From positions 1 through 60,558 of the forward strand of contig CAZSRQ010000001.1 in NCBI GenBank assembly GCA_964609335.1: a stretch of 60,558 nt of DNA, given 5' to 3'. Shown here piece by piece: positions 27,522 through 37,311 of this stretch. Source of the DNA: an uncultured Pseudomonadota bacterium (GTDB lineage Bacteria > UBA10199 > JADFYH01). The translations under genes and the position numbers were made by a program. The notes under the pieces are model-generated. The model did no database searches. It saw only the letters and a list, made by a program, of their open reading frames with translations, and had not been told where the DNA came from. Position 1 is the stretch's first letter. Each line of letters begins with the position of its first letter.

Positions 27522-29021
27522 TTATACACTCAATCTTTGGGTCATGAGACGCTTGGATGAAGTTGAAACCGCTTTTCGTTCGCGAATCGGCAAATAGACA
27601 TCAAATTGAGATCCCTGATTCGGTTTGCTTTGAACCAGAATATGCCCTTCATGCTCCTGAATAATTCCATAGACAATGGAAAGCCCGAGGCCGGTTCCTT
27701 CTCCATTTGCCCTCTGGGAAAAAAACGGTTCAAAGAGATGCGCTTTTGCCTCTTCTTTGATTCCAACTCCGGTATCTTTGATACTGATCCGAACCCAGGG
27801 GAGAAGATTTCCATTGTCTGTCACCTGATCGGTACTCAACGTCAGCTTTCCCCCGCGCGGCATCGCTTCAATCGCATTCTGGATCAAATTGATAAAAACC
27901 TGCAACAGTTGATCGGGATCCCCCTCCACTTTTGGTAAATGCGGAGAAATCCTCTTTTCCAGCTCCAGGGGAGAACGAATTTTCTCCTCAAAAAGTTCAA
28001 GTGCCTGAGATAAAACCCGATTTAAATCAATCGAGGTTTTATGAATCGGTCTTCTTCTTCCAAAGGCCAAAACATCTTTAATCATTTTACTCAACCGTTG
28101 GGATTGGGTCACAATCAAATTCAGATTTTTCTCAACGACTTGAGCTTCATTTGCTTTTTTCAACGCTTGAGCCGCTCTCCCTTCAATCACCGAAATAGGG
28201 CTTCCCATTTCATGAGCCAGATCGGCGGCAAATTTTCCGATGACAGCCAGCTTTTCTGATTGTTGCAATTGATCGAGCAACTCCTCTTTTTCCTGCACTG
28301 ATTCAAAAAGCACATTTTCAAGCTGCTGAAGATGAGATTCCCTTTTGGTAAACTCCTGTTTCAGAATGGTTAACTCATGACCTTTTTGAACTGAACCTTC
28401 ATTTCCATTTTTATTTTGAACCTCTCGAATCAGGGTGGCAATCGGTTGATTAATATTTTTACGGATAACAAAAAAGATGACGGTCAAACTAAACAGGAAA
28501 AAAAGCATCAAAGAGGTAAAAACCTTTCTTTGATATCCCTTTAAATCTCCACTGATCACTGATTGATAGTCAAAAATCTGTAAAATACCGAGCAAATTTC
28601 CCTCTTCGGATTCAATCGGAAAACTGCAGACAATAAATGCTTTTCCAAGATAATTCTTTTTTTCGACAAACGCCTCATCTTCACCCATTTCTTGAATCAG
28701 TTGGGAAATGCTGATATCGGGAATTTTTTTGAGGCTTTTCGTTTGATAAAAGTTTTCTCCATTTTTTAGGTAGATTCGAAGCCCCATCGGTTGCTCAAAA
28801 ACAGTAATTCGATTGAGCAGTTTTTTTAGATAGGGGAGATTTTCAGAGGTGAGATTCGCTTCAATAATTTCGCGCATCGACTCCCCAAAAGCCTGGGTTC
28901 TCTTGATCAGTTGAGCTTCCGCATACTTTTTCTGCTCTCCGAGAAAAACATATCCATAGATAGAAGCGGCCAACGTGCAGAGGATAAGAATATTGATTAA
29001 AACTTTGTTTCCGATGGTCAT
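27522..29021 (-). CDS. sensor histidine kinase
   Basis: 499 aa. Two TM segments flank a ~150-aa extracytoplasmic domain. H-box AADLAHEMGSPISVIEG, N/G boxes NLIQNAIEAM and GTGLGLSIVYGII. The gene sits 2 nt from the response-regulator gene. Confidence 0.85.
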   Translation of the reverse strand: MTIGNKVLINILILCTLAASIYGYVFLGEQKKYAEAQLIKRTQAFGESMREIIEANLTSENLPYLKKLLNRITVFEQPMGLRIYLKNGENFYQTKSLKKIPDISISQLIQEMGEDEAFVEKKNYLGKAFIVCSFPIESEEGNLLGILQIFDYQSVISGDLKGYQRKVFTSLMLFFLFSLTVIFFVIRKNINQPIATLIREVQNKNGNEGSVQKGHELTILKQEFTKRESHLQQLENVLFESVQEKEELLDQLQQSEKLAVIGKFAADLAHEMGSPISVIEGRAAQALKKANEAQVVEKNLNLIVTQSQRLSKMIKDVLAFGRRRPIHKTSIDLNRVLSQALELFEEKIRSPLELEKRISPHLPKVEGDPDQLLQVFINLIQNAIEAMPRGGKLTLSTDQVTDNGNLLPWVRISIKDTGVGIKEEAKAHLFEPFFSQRANGEGTGLGLSIVYGIIQEHEGHILVQSKPNQGSQFDVYLPIRERKAVSTSSKRLMTQRLSV

Positions 29022-29227
29022 AAAGAGTCAGTCTGAACGGGATAAATCCCAAACAGATTCAAACCGGATTGATTATCTCTAAGCAATGATTTTTCAAATA
29101 AATCGATCATAATTTTTATGTGGAGTTTTTACCTGATCCGTAGAAAATTTACACAAATCCTGAGCTTATGTAAAATATCTTTTTTAAAAAACAATTGAAA
29201 TTTAAATAGTTATACAAATTCTATTTT

Positions 29228-29243
29228 TGGCATGAGAACTGCT
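29228..29243 (+). promoter_or_regulatory. sigma-54 (-24/-12) promoter
   Basis: TGGCATGAGAACTGCT has canonical GG-N10-GC spacing. It lies 66 nt upstream of the 29309 ATG and diverges from the NtrC-type two-component operon. Confidence 0.6.
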
Positions 29244-29308
29244 TTATACAAGAATCGAGTCTTGTGAATGGTTCACAGCTCAAATCAAACTTAAAAAGGA
29301 GATTTCAA

Positions 29309-29554
29309 ATGTCCAAAAAATTACTCGCTTTAGCAATCGCTATCGCATTCGGTCTTTCAGTTTCTGCTTCCATCCAGGCTTCAGATAAAAAGGAAAAGCA
29401 GGTAGCAAAAACTGAAAAAACAGAAACAAAAACTGAAGAAGCAGCTCCAGCAAAAGAAGAAGCAAAAACCGAAAAGAAACACCACAAAGGAAAGAAAAAA
29501 GAAAAAACAGCCGAAGAAAAACCGGCAGTAGAAAAAGCTCCAGAAACCAAGTAA
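29309..29554 (+). CDS. small secreted Lys/Glu-rich low-complexity protein
   Basis: AAGGAG RBS and signal peptide MSKKLLALAIAIAFGLSVSASIQA, followed by KE/T-rich repeats (KTEKTETKTEE...). The GTG start at 29264 in the track is unlikely. Confidence 0.6.
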   Translation: MSKKLLALAIAIAFGLSVSASIQASDKKEKQVAKTEKTETKTEEAAPAKEEAKTEKKHHKGKKKEKTAEEKPAVEKAPETK

Positions 29555-29586
29555 TTGATTGTTTAGAAGATGAAAAACTAACAAAA

Positions 29587-29613
29587 GGGACAAGAATTTT
29601 TTGTCCCTTTTTT
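29587..29613 (+). terminator. Rho-independent terminator
   Basis: GGGACAA-GAATTTT-TTGTCCC followed by TTTTTT. Confidence 0.7.
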
Positions 29614-29755
29614 AGTTTGTGGTTTTGTCAGAACAAGGTCCCCCCGCTTAAGATTAAGAGGGTCGCTAACGCACCATAGCTGTAGCGACGGAGCGGTCTA
29701 GGGGGAGTTAAAGCATTGGAAGAACTATAAAAGTTTGAAATCTACACAAATCGCG

Positions 29756-31153
29756 TTACGAATGAATGGAAGATTTTACTTCCCGCAAAAACCCTTTCTC
29801 TCTCGATTCAAAATAAATCCGCAACAAAGGTTCGGTCTTAGAAGCACGAATCAACAACCAGCTTTCATTTTCAAATCGAAATTTTATTCCATCCACCTCA
29901 TCGATCGAAATAATTTTTCTCTTCAACTTTTTTTCCCAGAAAGAAACGGTTTGATATTTTTCAGGTTCTTTTTCCGATTCGACTTTCAAATCGACTCTCT
30001 CATAAAAAAATCTTCCATACTTTTTGTAAAGATCTTGAATCAGTTGGCGGATCGATTTTTTTTGGGTCGCCAGCATCTCCAGAAAAAATGCATGAGCAAC
30101 CAACCCATCCTTGAAACAGAGATGCGGCGCATAGGCAAAACCGCCTGTTTCTTCGAGACCAATCAGGGAGGATTTGCTTTCCCGCATTTCATCCCCCATC
30201 ACCTGAAAACCGACCGGCATGATCCGGAGAGCGGTTCTGTTTTTTTCACAAATCTTTTCGTTCAGGGCAGAACAGCTGACTGTCTGATAGACAACTCCTC
30301 TCTCTTTTCGAACTTCCAAAAGATACCAGAGAATCAAACTTCCCAAGAGATTATTCAGGAGATAATTTCCCTTTTCATCGAGGATCGCAAACCGGTCTCC
30401 ATCGACATCCGTGGCAAGCCCCAAGTCTGCCTTCTTTTTTCTCACCGTTTTTCCAAGCGCGATCAGGGAAGTCGCATCCGGTTCCAATTTTCGTTTTTGA
30501 TAGGTCGGTTCAAGTAGAAAGGGGACCGAATCGTTTTTCACTTTCAGAAATTTCAGAAATTTTGGAAAAAGAAAACTGGTTGTTCCACCAAATCCGTCCC
30601 AAACCACTGAAAGATTTTCTTTTCGAATCGCCTTCACATCCACCCATTTGAAAACAGATTCGAGATAAAACTGCTCAAAGTTTTCCAGACCGGATTCCGG
30701 GAAAAATTTTTTCTGTGGATCAAACGAAGGCATTTTCTCCCGCTGTAAAAGCGCATTCGCCTGATCCTGAATCTTCTGGACCAGATCGCGCCCAATCAAG
30801 ATCCCATCCGAATTGAAAATCTTAATGCCGGTATAATAGTAGGGATTATGGCTCGCCGTAATGACAAAACCCCAGTCATACCGTTTCTCCCTCACCCCTT
30901 TCGCCACTCCCGGGGTTGGAAACGAATCAGAAATCAAAGTCACTTTCCACTTTTTCGATTGAAGAAAAATCGCCAGATGATGGGCAAATTCTTTCGAGAG
31001 AAAACGATTGTCAAATCCAATCAAAATTTTTTGGGATCGGTAAAATTGGGTCAGGGCGAACGCAATCGCGCTCAAACGATCTACGGTAAACCCGGCAGTG
31101 TAGATCGCACGCCATCCGGAGTCGCCGATATGAATGGGTTGAAAAGTTGACAT
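29756..31153 (-). CDS. phosphoglucomutase/phosphomannomutase family protein
   Basis: The active-site loop TASHNPYYYTGIK and the metal loop ATDVDGDR are present. The N-terminal 46 codons of the ORF-track version are encoded by a palindromic repeat, so the start is moved to MSTFQPIHIGDSGWR (31153). Confidence 0.8.
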   Translation of the reverse strand: MSTFQPIHIGDSGWRAIYTAGFTVDRLSAIAFALTQFYRSQKILIGFDNRFLSKEFAHHLAIFLQSKKWKVTLISDSFPTPGVAKGVREKRYDWGFVITASHNPYYYTGIKIFNSDGILIGRDLVQKIQDQANALLQREKMPSFDPQKKFFPESGLENFEQFYLESVFKWVDVKAIRKENLSVVWDGFGGTTSFLFPKFLKFLKVKNDSVPFLLEPTYQKRKLEPDATSLIALGKTVRKKKADLGLATDVDGDRFAILDEKGNYLLNNLLGSLILWYLLEVRKERGVVYQTVSCSALNEKICEKNRTALRIMPVGFQVMGDEMRESKSSLIGLEETGGFAYAPHLCFKDGLVAHAFFLEMLATQKKSIRQLIQDLYKKYGRFFYERVDLKVESEKEPEKYQTVSFWEKKLKRKIISIDEVDGIKFRFENESWLLIRASKTEPLLRIYFESREKGFLREVKSSIHS

Positions 31154-31166
31154 AAGCTTTAACATT

Positions 31167-31289
31167 AGATCTCTTGTGTCCATTATCCAAAGCGACCCTT
31201 CGACAAGCTCAGGGTGTCCCAATTGGGTAAAAGTGGGACATGGTGAGCGTAGTCGAACCATCACTTTGGATAATGGACACAAGAGATCC
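31167..31289. repeat. REP/MITE-like nested palindrome, family A (core 1)
   Basis: The outer inverted repeat TAGATCTCTTGTGTCCATTATCCAAAG / CTTTGGATAATGGACACAAGAGATC encloses CCTTCGACAAGCTCAGGGTGTCCC...GGGACATGGTGAGCGTAGTCGAACC. It fills the glpK-to-phosphohexomutase gap. Confidence 0.85.
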
Positions 31290-31299
31290 AATCATTGAA

Positions 31300-32778
31300 T
31301 CACGATTTCCGAACTGCGAGCTCCCAAGCCGCGATTTTTTTCTTCAGCTCTTGCGTGGAAATTCTGGGAACAAACGACTGATCTTCCTTCCACGATCGAC
31401 GAATCATCTCCTGGTTTTCCCAAACCCCCGTCGCCAAACCGGCTAAAAATGCTGCTCCCAGAGCAGTCGTCTCGATCATTTTCGGACGGGAAAGTTTTAC
31501 CCCCAAAATATCCGATTGGAATTGCATGAGAAGAGAATTGGCAGAAGCACCACCGTCGACTTTGAGGATTTTCAGCTTCTTGCCGAGATCTTTCGTCATT
31601 GCCTGGAGGATATCGTATTGGAGATAGGCAATCCCCTCCAAGGTCGCTCGGGCGATCTGCGCAGCGGTTGTGGCACGGGTAATGCCGGTAATCGATCCTC
31701 TCGCGTCCGGTCGCCAATGCGGAGCTCCGAGCCCGACAAGTGCCGGAACAAAAATGACTCCATCACTATCCGGGACTGATTTTGCCAACTCCTCGATTTC
31801 AGAGGCGGAGCGAACGAGCTTCAATCCGTCGCGTAGCCATTGAACGGCCGCTCCTGCGATGAATGCGGATCCCTCCAGGGCGTAACAAACCTCTTTTCCC
31901 ACTTTCCAGGCGACGGTGGTGAGCAATCTGTTTTTGGAGTGGACGATTTTTTTTCCGGTGTTGAGAAGAATGAACGAACCGGTTCCGTAAGTGCATTTTG
32001 CCTCTCCCGCTGCAAAGCACGCTTGGCCGAATAATGCGGCCTGTTGATCTCCGGCAATCCCGGCGATTGGAATTCCGTCGGGAAGAGAGGCGAGCCCTTT
32101 CGTCGTTCCATAAACTTCGGAGGAAGAGGCGATCGCTGGAAGAATCGATGCTGGAACACCGAAAATTTTCAACAGTTCGGAATCCCATTTCAACGTTTCG
32201 AGATTCATTAAAAGCGTTCGAGAGGCGTTGGAAGGATCGGTAACGTGGGCTTTTCCGGCGGTCAAACGCCAGACAAGATAAGTATCAATGGTTCCAAAGG
32301 CGATTTCTCCCCTCTTTGCCCTCTCTTTTGCCTGTGGGACATGATCGAGTAGCCAGCGGATTTTTGTGCCGGAGAAATACGGATCGAGGACAAGTCCTGT
32401 TTTCTTCTTGATCTTTTTTTCAAATCCTTTTTTCTTGAGCTGCTCACAAAACTTCGCCGTTCGGCGATCTTGCCAGACAATCGCCTTGTGGATCGGTTTC
32501 CCACTCGATCGATCCCACAAGAGAGTCGTTTCACGCTGATTCGTAATTCCAATTCCGGCGATTCGCGAAACGTCGATCGAGCCGGCCTGAATCGCTTCGT
32601 GAATCGTTTTTTCGGTCGATTGCCAGATCTCTTCGGGATCATGCTCCACCCAACCCACTTGGGGATAATGTTGGCGGAACTCGCTGTTTTTTTTTGCAAG
32701 AAGATTGAGGTTTTTGTCGAGAATGACAACGGTAGTGCCGGTCGTTCCCTGATCGATGGAGAGAATGAGATCTTTCAT
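31300..32778 (-). CDS. glpK: glycerol kinase
   Basis: 492 aa. LSIDQGTTGTTVVILD, GITNQRETTLLWD and GDQQAALFGQ are canonical GlpK/FGGY motifs. Confidence 0.9.
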   Translation of the reverse strand: MKDLILSIDQGTTGTTVVILDKNLNLLAKKNSEFRQHYPQVGWVEHDPEEIWQSTEKTIHEAIQAGSIDVSRIAGIGITNQRETTLLWDRSSGKPIHKAIVWQDRRTAKFCEQLKKKGFEKKIKKKTGLVLDPYFSGTKIRWLLDHVPQAKERAKRGEIAFGTIDTYLVWRLTAGKAHVTDPSNASRTLLMNLETLKWDSELLKIFGVPASILPAIASSSEVYGTTKGLASLPDGIPIAGIAGDQQAALFGQACFAAGEAKCTYGTGSFILLNTGKKIVHSKNRLLTTVAWKVGKEVCYALEGSAFIAGAAVQWLRDGLKLVRSASEIEELAKSVPDSDGVIFVPALVGLGAPHWRPDARGSITGITRATTAAQIARATLEGIAYLQYDILQAMTKDLGKKLKILKVDGGASANSLLMQFQSDILGVKLSRPKMIETTALGAAFLAGLATGVWENQEMIRRSWKEDQSFVPRISTQELKKKIAAWELAVRKS

Positions 32779-32804
32779 GTGAAGTTAACTTTCTTTTTTT
32801 ATGG

Positions 32805-32921
32805 CTCCTCCCTTTGAAAAAGGGAGGTTGGGAGGGATTTAGTGCAAATAACACTAGACTTTATATGCTCTAATTTTTGAGCACTAAATCCCCCTTGATC
32901 CCCCTTTTCAAAAGGGGGAGG
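32805..32921. repeat. palindromic repeat, family B
   Basis: CTCCTCCCTTTGAAAAAGGGAGGTTGGGAGGGATTTAGTGC ... GCACTAAATCCCCCTTGATCCCCCTTTTCAAAAGGGGGAGG. It is adjacent to family A copy 32948-33069. Confidence 0.8.
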
Positions 32922-32947
32922 TTTTGTGAGTGAAAAAATTTAAAAAT

Positions 32948-33069
32948 TAGATCTCTTGCGTAAATCCAAATTGATGGTTCGACTACGCTCACCATGTCCC
33001 GCTTTTACCCAATTGGGACACCCTGAGCTTGTCGAAGGGTCATTTTGGATGATTTACGCAAGAGATCTA
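32948..33069. repeat. REP/MITE-like nested palindrome, family A (core 1, opposite orientation)
   Basis: TAGATCTCTTGCGTAAAT...GGTTCGACTACGCTCACCATGTCCC...GGGACACCCTGAGCTTGTCGAAGGGTC...ATTTACGCAAGAGATCTA. Confidence 0.85.
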
Positions 33070-33075
33070 TTACTG

Positions 33076-33855
33076 TTAAGAATACTTCTTAATAAATTTA
33101 AGCAGCCTTTTTGCCACAATTTCACGGTCGTAATCAACCGTCACCACATGATTCGAATTTTTCAAAGTCGCGGTTTCAACCTCTTTAGAACCGATACAAG
33201 CTCGAATATATTCAAGGTTTTCATAGGGTACCGTTTTATCTCCCGTCGCATGCGCCACCAAAACAGGTTGATGAATAAATTTCAGTTTCTGTCGAACCTC
33301 TTTTTGAAGATCGAGAAGATTGGCAACCGAAACGAGCGGAATTTTGTCGTAAGCCTCGTGCGCCGCTTCTTCGTGGGGATCATTCACCGAGGCGATAAAT
33401 TTTTTCTGGTATTTGTAAAGAAATCTTAAAGGGGTTTTCCAGACGAGCGGGAAAAGAAGCTTGATCACCCAGCTATCGAGAAAAAGTGGGGTGGAAAAAA
33501 GGGCTATCCCCCTGATTTCAGGATGAAGATAGGCAAGACGAAGCGCCAACAATCCCCCCATCGAAAGACCGGCGACGATCACCGAATCACATTTTTTTGC
33601 CAATCGGAGATACGCTTTTTCAACACCTTTGTACCAATCCTCATAATTGGTTTTTTCAAACTCTTCAATGGAACTGCCATGCCCCTCGAGTAAAGGAACA
33701 AAAACGGTAAAATCGGCTTTCAAAAGAGGTTTCAACAGATAATGAAACGATTGCGGAGTTGCCGTAAAACCATGAATCAGCAACACCCCTTTTTTACCCC
33801 GAACCTGTTCAATCGATCGAATCGGTTTCGTAAATTTGGATTTTAAATTTTTCAT
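33076..33855 (-). CDS. alpha/beta-fold carboxylesterase
   Basis: VLLIHGFTATP, the nucleophile elbow GLSMGG, and a late GDKTVP..H segment. Start set at MKNLKSKF (33855). Confidence 0.7.
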   Translation of the reverse strand: MKNLKSKFTKPIRSIEQVRGKKGVLLIHGFTATPQSFHYLLKPLLKADFTVFVPLLEGHGSSIEEFEKTNYEDWYKGVEKAYLRLAKKCDSVIVAGLSMGGLLALRLAYLHPEIRGIALFSTPLFLDSWVIKLLFPLVWKTPLRFLYKYQKKFIASVNDPHEEAAHEAYDKIPLVSVANLLDLQKEVRQKLKFIHQPVLVAHATGDKTVPYENLEYIRACIGSKEVETATLKNSNHVVTVDYDREIVAKRLLKFIKKYS

Positions 33856-34024
33856 CCTCTCAAACCCCCAAAAAAGACCCCTGTTGAAATTTCTCGTTCG
33901 AGTCTTAGAAAATCCAAAACGCCTTGACAACCTCAAAATTCACATGTTAACGATCCGCGCCGTCTTTTCTATTTTAGAGGGCAGTTCTTAAAACAACATT
34001 CATTCATTTTTTTTTAAAGATCCC

Positions 34025-34471
34025 ATGCAACTTTTTCCTGAAAGTTTATCGAGTTTTCTGATCCAGGTTTCAATCTTCCTGGCGATTTTTCTGATTCTTC
34101 TTTTTTCTCTGAATGGTTTGCTTTTTCAGCCAATTTTACGAATTATTGAAAAGAGAAAAAAGGCAACTGAAGGAACCAAAGAAGAGGTAACAGAACTTCA
34201 GATCAAGGCAAATGCACTCCATCAGGAAACAGAAGCAAGAATCGCCGAGGCGAAAGTAAAAGCTTCTCTTTTAAGAGATAAAATCAAGAAAGAGGGGGAA
34301 GAAATTGCGCATCAAATTCTTTCCGAAACCAAAGAAAAATCTTCCCATTTTTTAAAAGAGATTCGAACCCATTTAAGCTCTGAAGAGAAAGAATCAAGAC
34401 TCAAAATAAAAGATGAAGTCGAATTAATCGCCCAAAAAATGACAAAAACGATTTTACTAACCGGTCTTTAG
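34025..34471 (+). CDS. F0 ATP synthase subunit b' (b-like)
   Basis: 148 aa. One N-terminal TM segment followed by a long charged helix. It is the first gene of the atp cluster. Confidence 0.6.
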   Translation: MQLFPESLSSFLIQVSIFLAIFLILLFSLNGLLFQPILRIIEKRKKATEGTKEEVTELQIKANALHQETEARIAEAKVKASLLRDKIKKEGEEIAHQILSETKEKSSHFLKEIRTHLSSEEKESRLKIKDEVELIAQKMTKTILLTGL

Positions 34472-34579
34472 TTTAGAAAACATGACAATCCCGGTTGTAC
34501 TAGAGGGGATGCTCCTTTTAAACAAAAAGGTAGTCTAAATAACGGACCCGTCAGTAGAAAAATCTTTAAACTAGGTTCT

Positions 34580-35164
34580 ATGCGTAAAAAAACCATTTTC
34601 AATTCTCTTCTTTTACTTCTTTTCTTTTTCGCTTCGGCCGTTGCGTTTGGCGAAGAAAATGGGGAACATGCGGCTCATTCTTTGAATGTTCTCAAAGAAA
34701 TTGTTTATCCTTATATCAACTTTGTCATTCTTCTCAGTTTGTTCATTTATCTTTTAAGAAATCCGGCCAAAGAATTTTTTCTGGCCCGTTCAAAAAATAT
34801 CGCCCAATTCATCGAACAGTCAGCCCACGAAAAACAGCAGGCAGAAATCTTGTTTCAAAAAAACCAGAGTCGTTTGAATGGAATCGAAAAAGAGATCTCT
34901 TCTTTGACTGAAACCCTTAAAAAAGAAGGGGAATTAACGAAAGAAAAAATCATCGAGGAGGCAAAAATTTCCAGTCAAAGAACCGAAGAAATTACGAAAT
35001 GGATCGGAGATCAAGAATTCAAAAAAAGCCGTGAAAAATTGAAAGAAGAGATGATCAATTTAGCTTCTCAAGCGGCTGAAAAAATGATTCGCGAAAAACT
35101 TAAATCCGAAGATCAGGAAAAAAGAATTAAAAACTCTTTGAATCGATTGGAGAGTTTCTCATGA
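34580..35164 (+). CDS. atpF: F0 ATP synthase subunit b
   Basis: 194 aa with TM-plus-coiled-coil architecture. It overlaps atpH by 4 nt. Confidence 0.65.
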   Translation: MRKKTIFNSLLLLLFFFASAVAFGEENGEHAAHSLNVLKEIVYPYINFVILLSLFIYLLRNPAKEFFLARSKNIAQFIEQSAHEKQQAEILFQKNQSRLNGIEKEISSLTETLKKEGELTKEKIIEEAKISSQRTEEITKWIGDQEFKKSREKLKEEMINLASQAAEKMIREKLKSEDQEKRIKNSLNRLESFS

Positions 35165-35709
35165 TTGCAGGTTCCATCGGCCGTAGATATGCAAAAGCAT
35201 TACTTGAAATTGCCAAAAAGCAAAATCAGGTGGATGAATATTTGAGCCAGCTTGATTTATTTGAAGAAAGTCTAAAAAATTCATCCGAATTACATTTTTT
35301 GCTTTTTGATCCGGCTTTTGAAATTTCAAGCCGAAAAAAGGTTTTGGATTCAGTCGTCAAAAAAATGCAGCTTTCTGCCACAGTTCACCATTTTTTGAAT
35401 TTGTTGATCGATCACGGAAGAATCAATTTTTTCAGAGATATTTTACTCTCTTATAGAGATCTGGCCGATGAAGTGCTTCATCGGGTGCATGTGCAAGTGA
35501 CAGTCCCCCATAAAATTCCTGAAGAAATCATGCAGGTGTTAAAAGAAAAATTGGAAAAAGCAACCAAGCGAAATGTAATTTTGGAAATTTTTTCAAACCC
35601 CGATCTGCTCGGTGGAATGGTTTTAAAAGTGAAAAACGAAGTTTTTGATAGCAGCATTCAAACTGCCTTGGCTCAATTGAAAGAAAAGATGAGCCAGGCC
35701 GCGATATAA
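35161..35709 (+). CDS. atpH: F1 ATP synthase subunit delta (OSCP)
   Basis: 182 aa. The RYAKALLEIAKK start and a C-terminal LGGMVLKVKNEVFDSSIQ are typical delta motifs. Confidence 0.8.
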   Translation: MIAGSIGRRYAKALLEIAKKQNQVDEYLSQLDLFEESLKNSSELHFLLFDPAFEISSRKKVLDSVVKKMQLSATVHHFLNLLIDHGRINFFRDILLSYRDLADEVLHRVHVQVTVPHKIPEEIMQVLKEKLEKATKRNVILEIFSNPDLLGGMVLKVKNEVFDSSIQTALAQLKEKMSQAAI

Positions 35710-35730
35710 ATATTGAAGGAGATTGAAATC

Positions 35731-37239
35731 ATGCAAATTCGCCCTGAAGAAATTAGTCAAATTATCCGTGAACAGATTGAAGGATACGACAAAATCGCTG
35801 AACGTTCTGAAGTCGGAACCGTTCTTTCCGTCGGTGATGGAATTGCCCGAATTCATGGTCTGGGACAGGTCATGGCAGGAGAGCTGATCGAATTCCCCCA
35901 TCACATCTACGGAATCGCTCTCAACCTAGAAGAAGATAACGTCGGTGCAGCGATTCTTGGTCATGACTTTGAAATCCGCGAAGGGGATACCGTCAAAAGA
36001 ACCGGAAAAATCGCGGAAGTGCCAGTCGGAAATGCCATGCTCGGTCGAGTCGTGAATGCGCTCGGACAACCAATCGACGGACTTGGCCCAATCGACACCC
36101 AAGAAACCCGAAAAATCGAAGTAAAAGCTTTGGGAATTGTCGCTCGTGAACCGGTGAAAGAACCTCTGCAAACCGGATTAAAAGCGGTCGATGCGATGAT
36201 TCCAATCGGTCGTGGACAGCGAGAATTAATCATCGGAGATCGACAGACCGGGAAAACCGCGATCGCTCTCGATACGATCATCAATCAAAAAGGGAAAAAC
36301 GTATTCTGTATCTATGTGGCTATCGGACAAAAACAATCGACCGTTGCCCAAGTCGTCGAAAAACTCCGAAAATTTGGAGCACTTGAATATACCACGATTG
36401 TCGCAGCCAATGCCTCTGATCCAGCCCCTCAACAATTCATTGCTCCATACTCTGGCGCAACGATCGGGGAGTTTTTTAGAGACAATGGTCAACATGCCTT
36501 AATCGTTTATGACGATCTTTCAAAACATGCCGTTGCCTATCGGCAGCTTTCTCTGCTTCTTCGCCGTCCTCCAGGTCGTGAAGCGTTTCCCGGAGACGTT
36601 TTCTATGTTCACTCAAGACTTTTGGAACGAGCCGCAAAGCTCTCCCAAGAAAGAGGAGGCGGTTCTCTCACAGCGCTTCCAATCATTGAAACCCAGGCGG
36701 GAGACGTTTCGGCTTATATCCCCACGAACGTTATTTCGATTACCGATGGACAGATCTATCTCGACACCGACCTTTTCTATTCTGGCGTACGTCCCGCAAT
36801 CAACGTCGGTCTCTCAGTTTCCCGAGTCGGTGGTAACGCCCAGATCAAGGCGATGAAACAGGTTGCAGGAACCTTGAGATTGGAACTCGCACAATATCGA
36901 GAACTCGCCGCTTTTGCCCAGTTTGGTTCTGATTTGGATCAGGCAACCCAAAAACAGTTAAACCGAGGAAAACGACTCGTTGAAATCTTGAAACAGGGAC
37001 AATATCAACCGATGCCGGTTGAAAAACAGGTTTTAACGATTTATGCAGCAACCAACGGATTTGTCGATGAATACCCTGAAACCAAAATTCAAAAATATCT
37101 TTCAGAGATGATTCTTTTTGTTGAATCGAAATATCCAAAAATCCTGGAAGACCTTCGAACCAAAAAAACTTTAGATGAGGATCTGAAAAAATTGATTAAA
37201 ACAGCCTTAGATGAATTTAAAGGAAGCTTTGGAATTTAA
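35731..37239 (+). CDS. atpA: F1 ATP synthase subunit alpha
   Basis: [17 protein letters not shown] start, Walker A GDRQTGKT, and the whole sequence is canonical. GAAGGAG RBS precedes the ATG at 35731. Confidence 0.95.
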   Translation: MQIRPEEISQIIREQIEGYDKIAERSEVGTVLSVGDGIARIHGLGQVMAGELIEFPHHIYGIALNLEEDNVGAAILGHDFEIREGDTVKRTGKIAEVPVGNAMLGRVVNALGQPIDGLGPIDTQETRKIEVKALGIVAREPVKEPLQTGLKAVDAMIPIGRGQRELIIGDRQTGKTAIALDTIINQKGKNVFCIYVAIGQKQSTVAQVVEKLRKFGALEYTTIVAANASDPAPQQFIAPYSGATIGEFFRDNGQHALIVYDDLSKHAVAYRQLSLLLRRPPGREAFPGDVFYVHSRLLERAAKLSQERGGGSLTALPIIETQAGDVSAYIPTNVISITDGQIYLDTDLFYSGVRPAINVGLSVSRVGGNAQIKAMKQVAGTLRLELAQYRELAAFAQFGSDLDQATQKQLNRGKRLVEILKQGQYQPMPVEKQVLTIYAATNGFVDEYPETKIQKYLSEMILFVESKYPKILEDLRTKKTLDEDLKKLIKTALDEFKGSFGI

Positions 37240-37242
37240 AAA

Positions 37243-37306
37243 GTCGGGAGTTGGGAGAAAAAAGTGATAAAAAATTTCCCCTAACTCCCAACCCCCGACC
37301 CCTAAC
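37243..37306. repeat. GC-rich hairpin repeat, family C (imperfect)
   Basis: GTCGGGAGTTGGGAG - loop - CCTAACTCCCAACCCCCGACCCCTAAC. It lies between atpA and atpG. Confidence 0.65.
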
Positions 37307-37311
37307 ACTTT

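Noticed and set aside
31154-31291. N-terminal 46 codons of the 511-aa phosphohexomutase ORF (MDLLCPLSKVMVRLRSPCPTFTQLGHPELVEGS...). The same applies to ORF 32956-33429, ORFs 4845-5069 and 59149-59379, and the first 18 codons of ORF 24542-26098.
   Set aside because: These stretches are encoded by the palindromic family A/C repeats and read the same peptide in several unrelated places. They are translation artefacts of the repeats, and internal ATG starts give normal protein N-termini.
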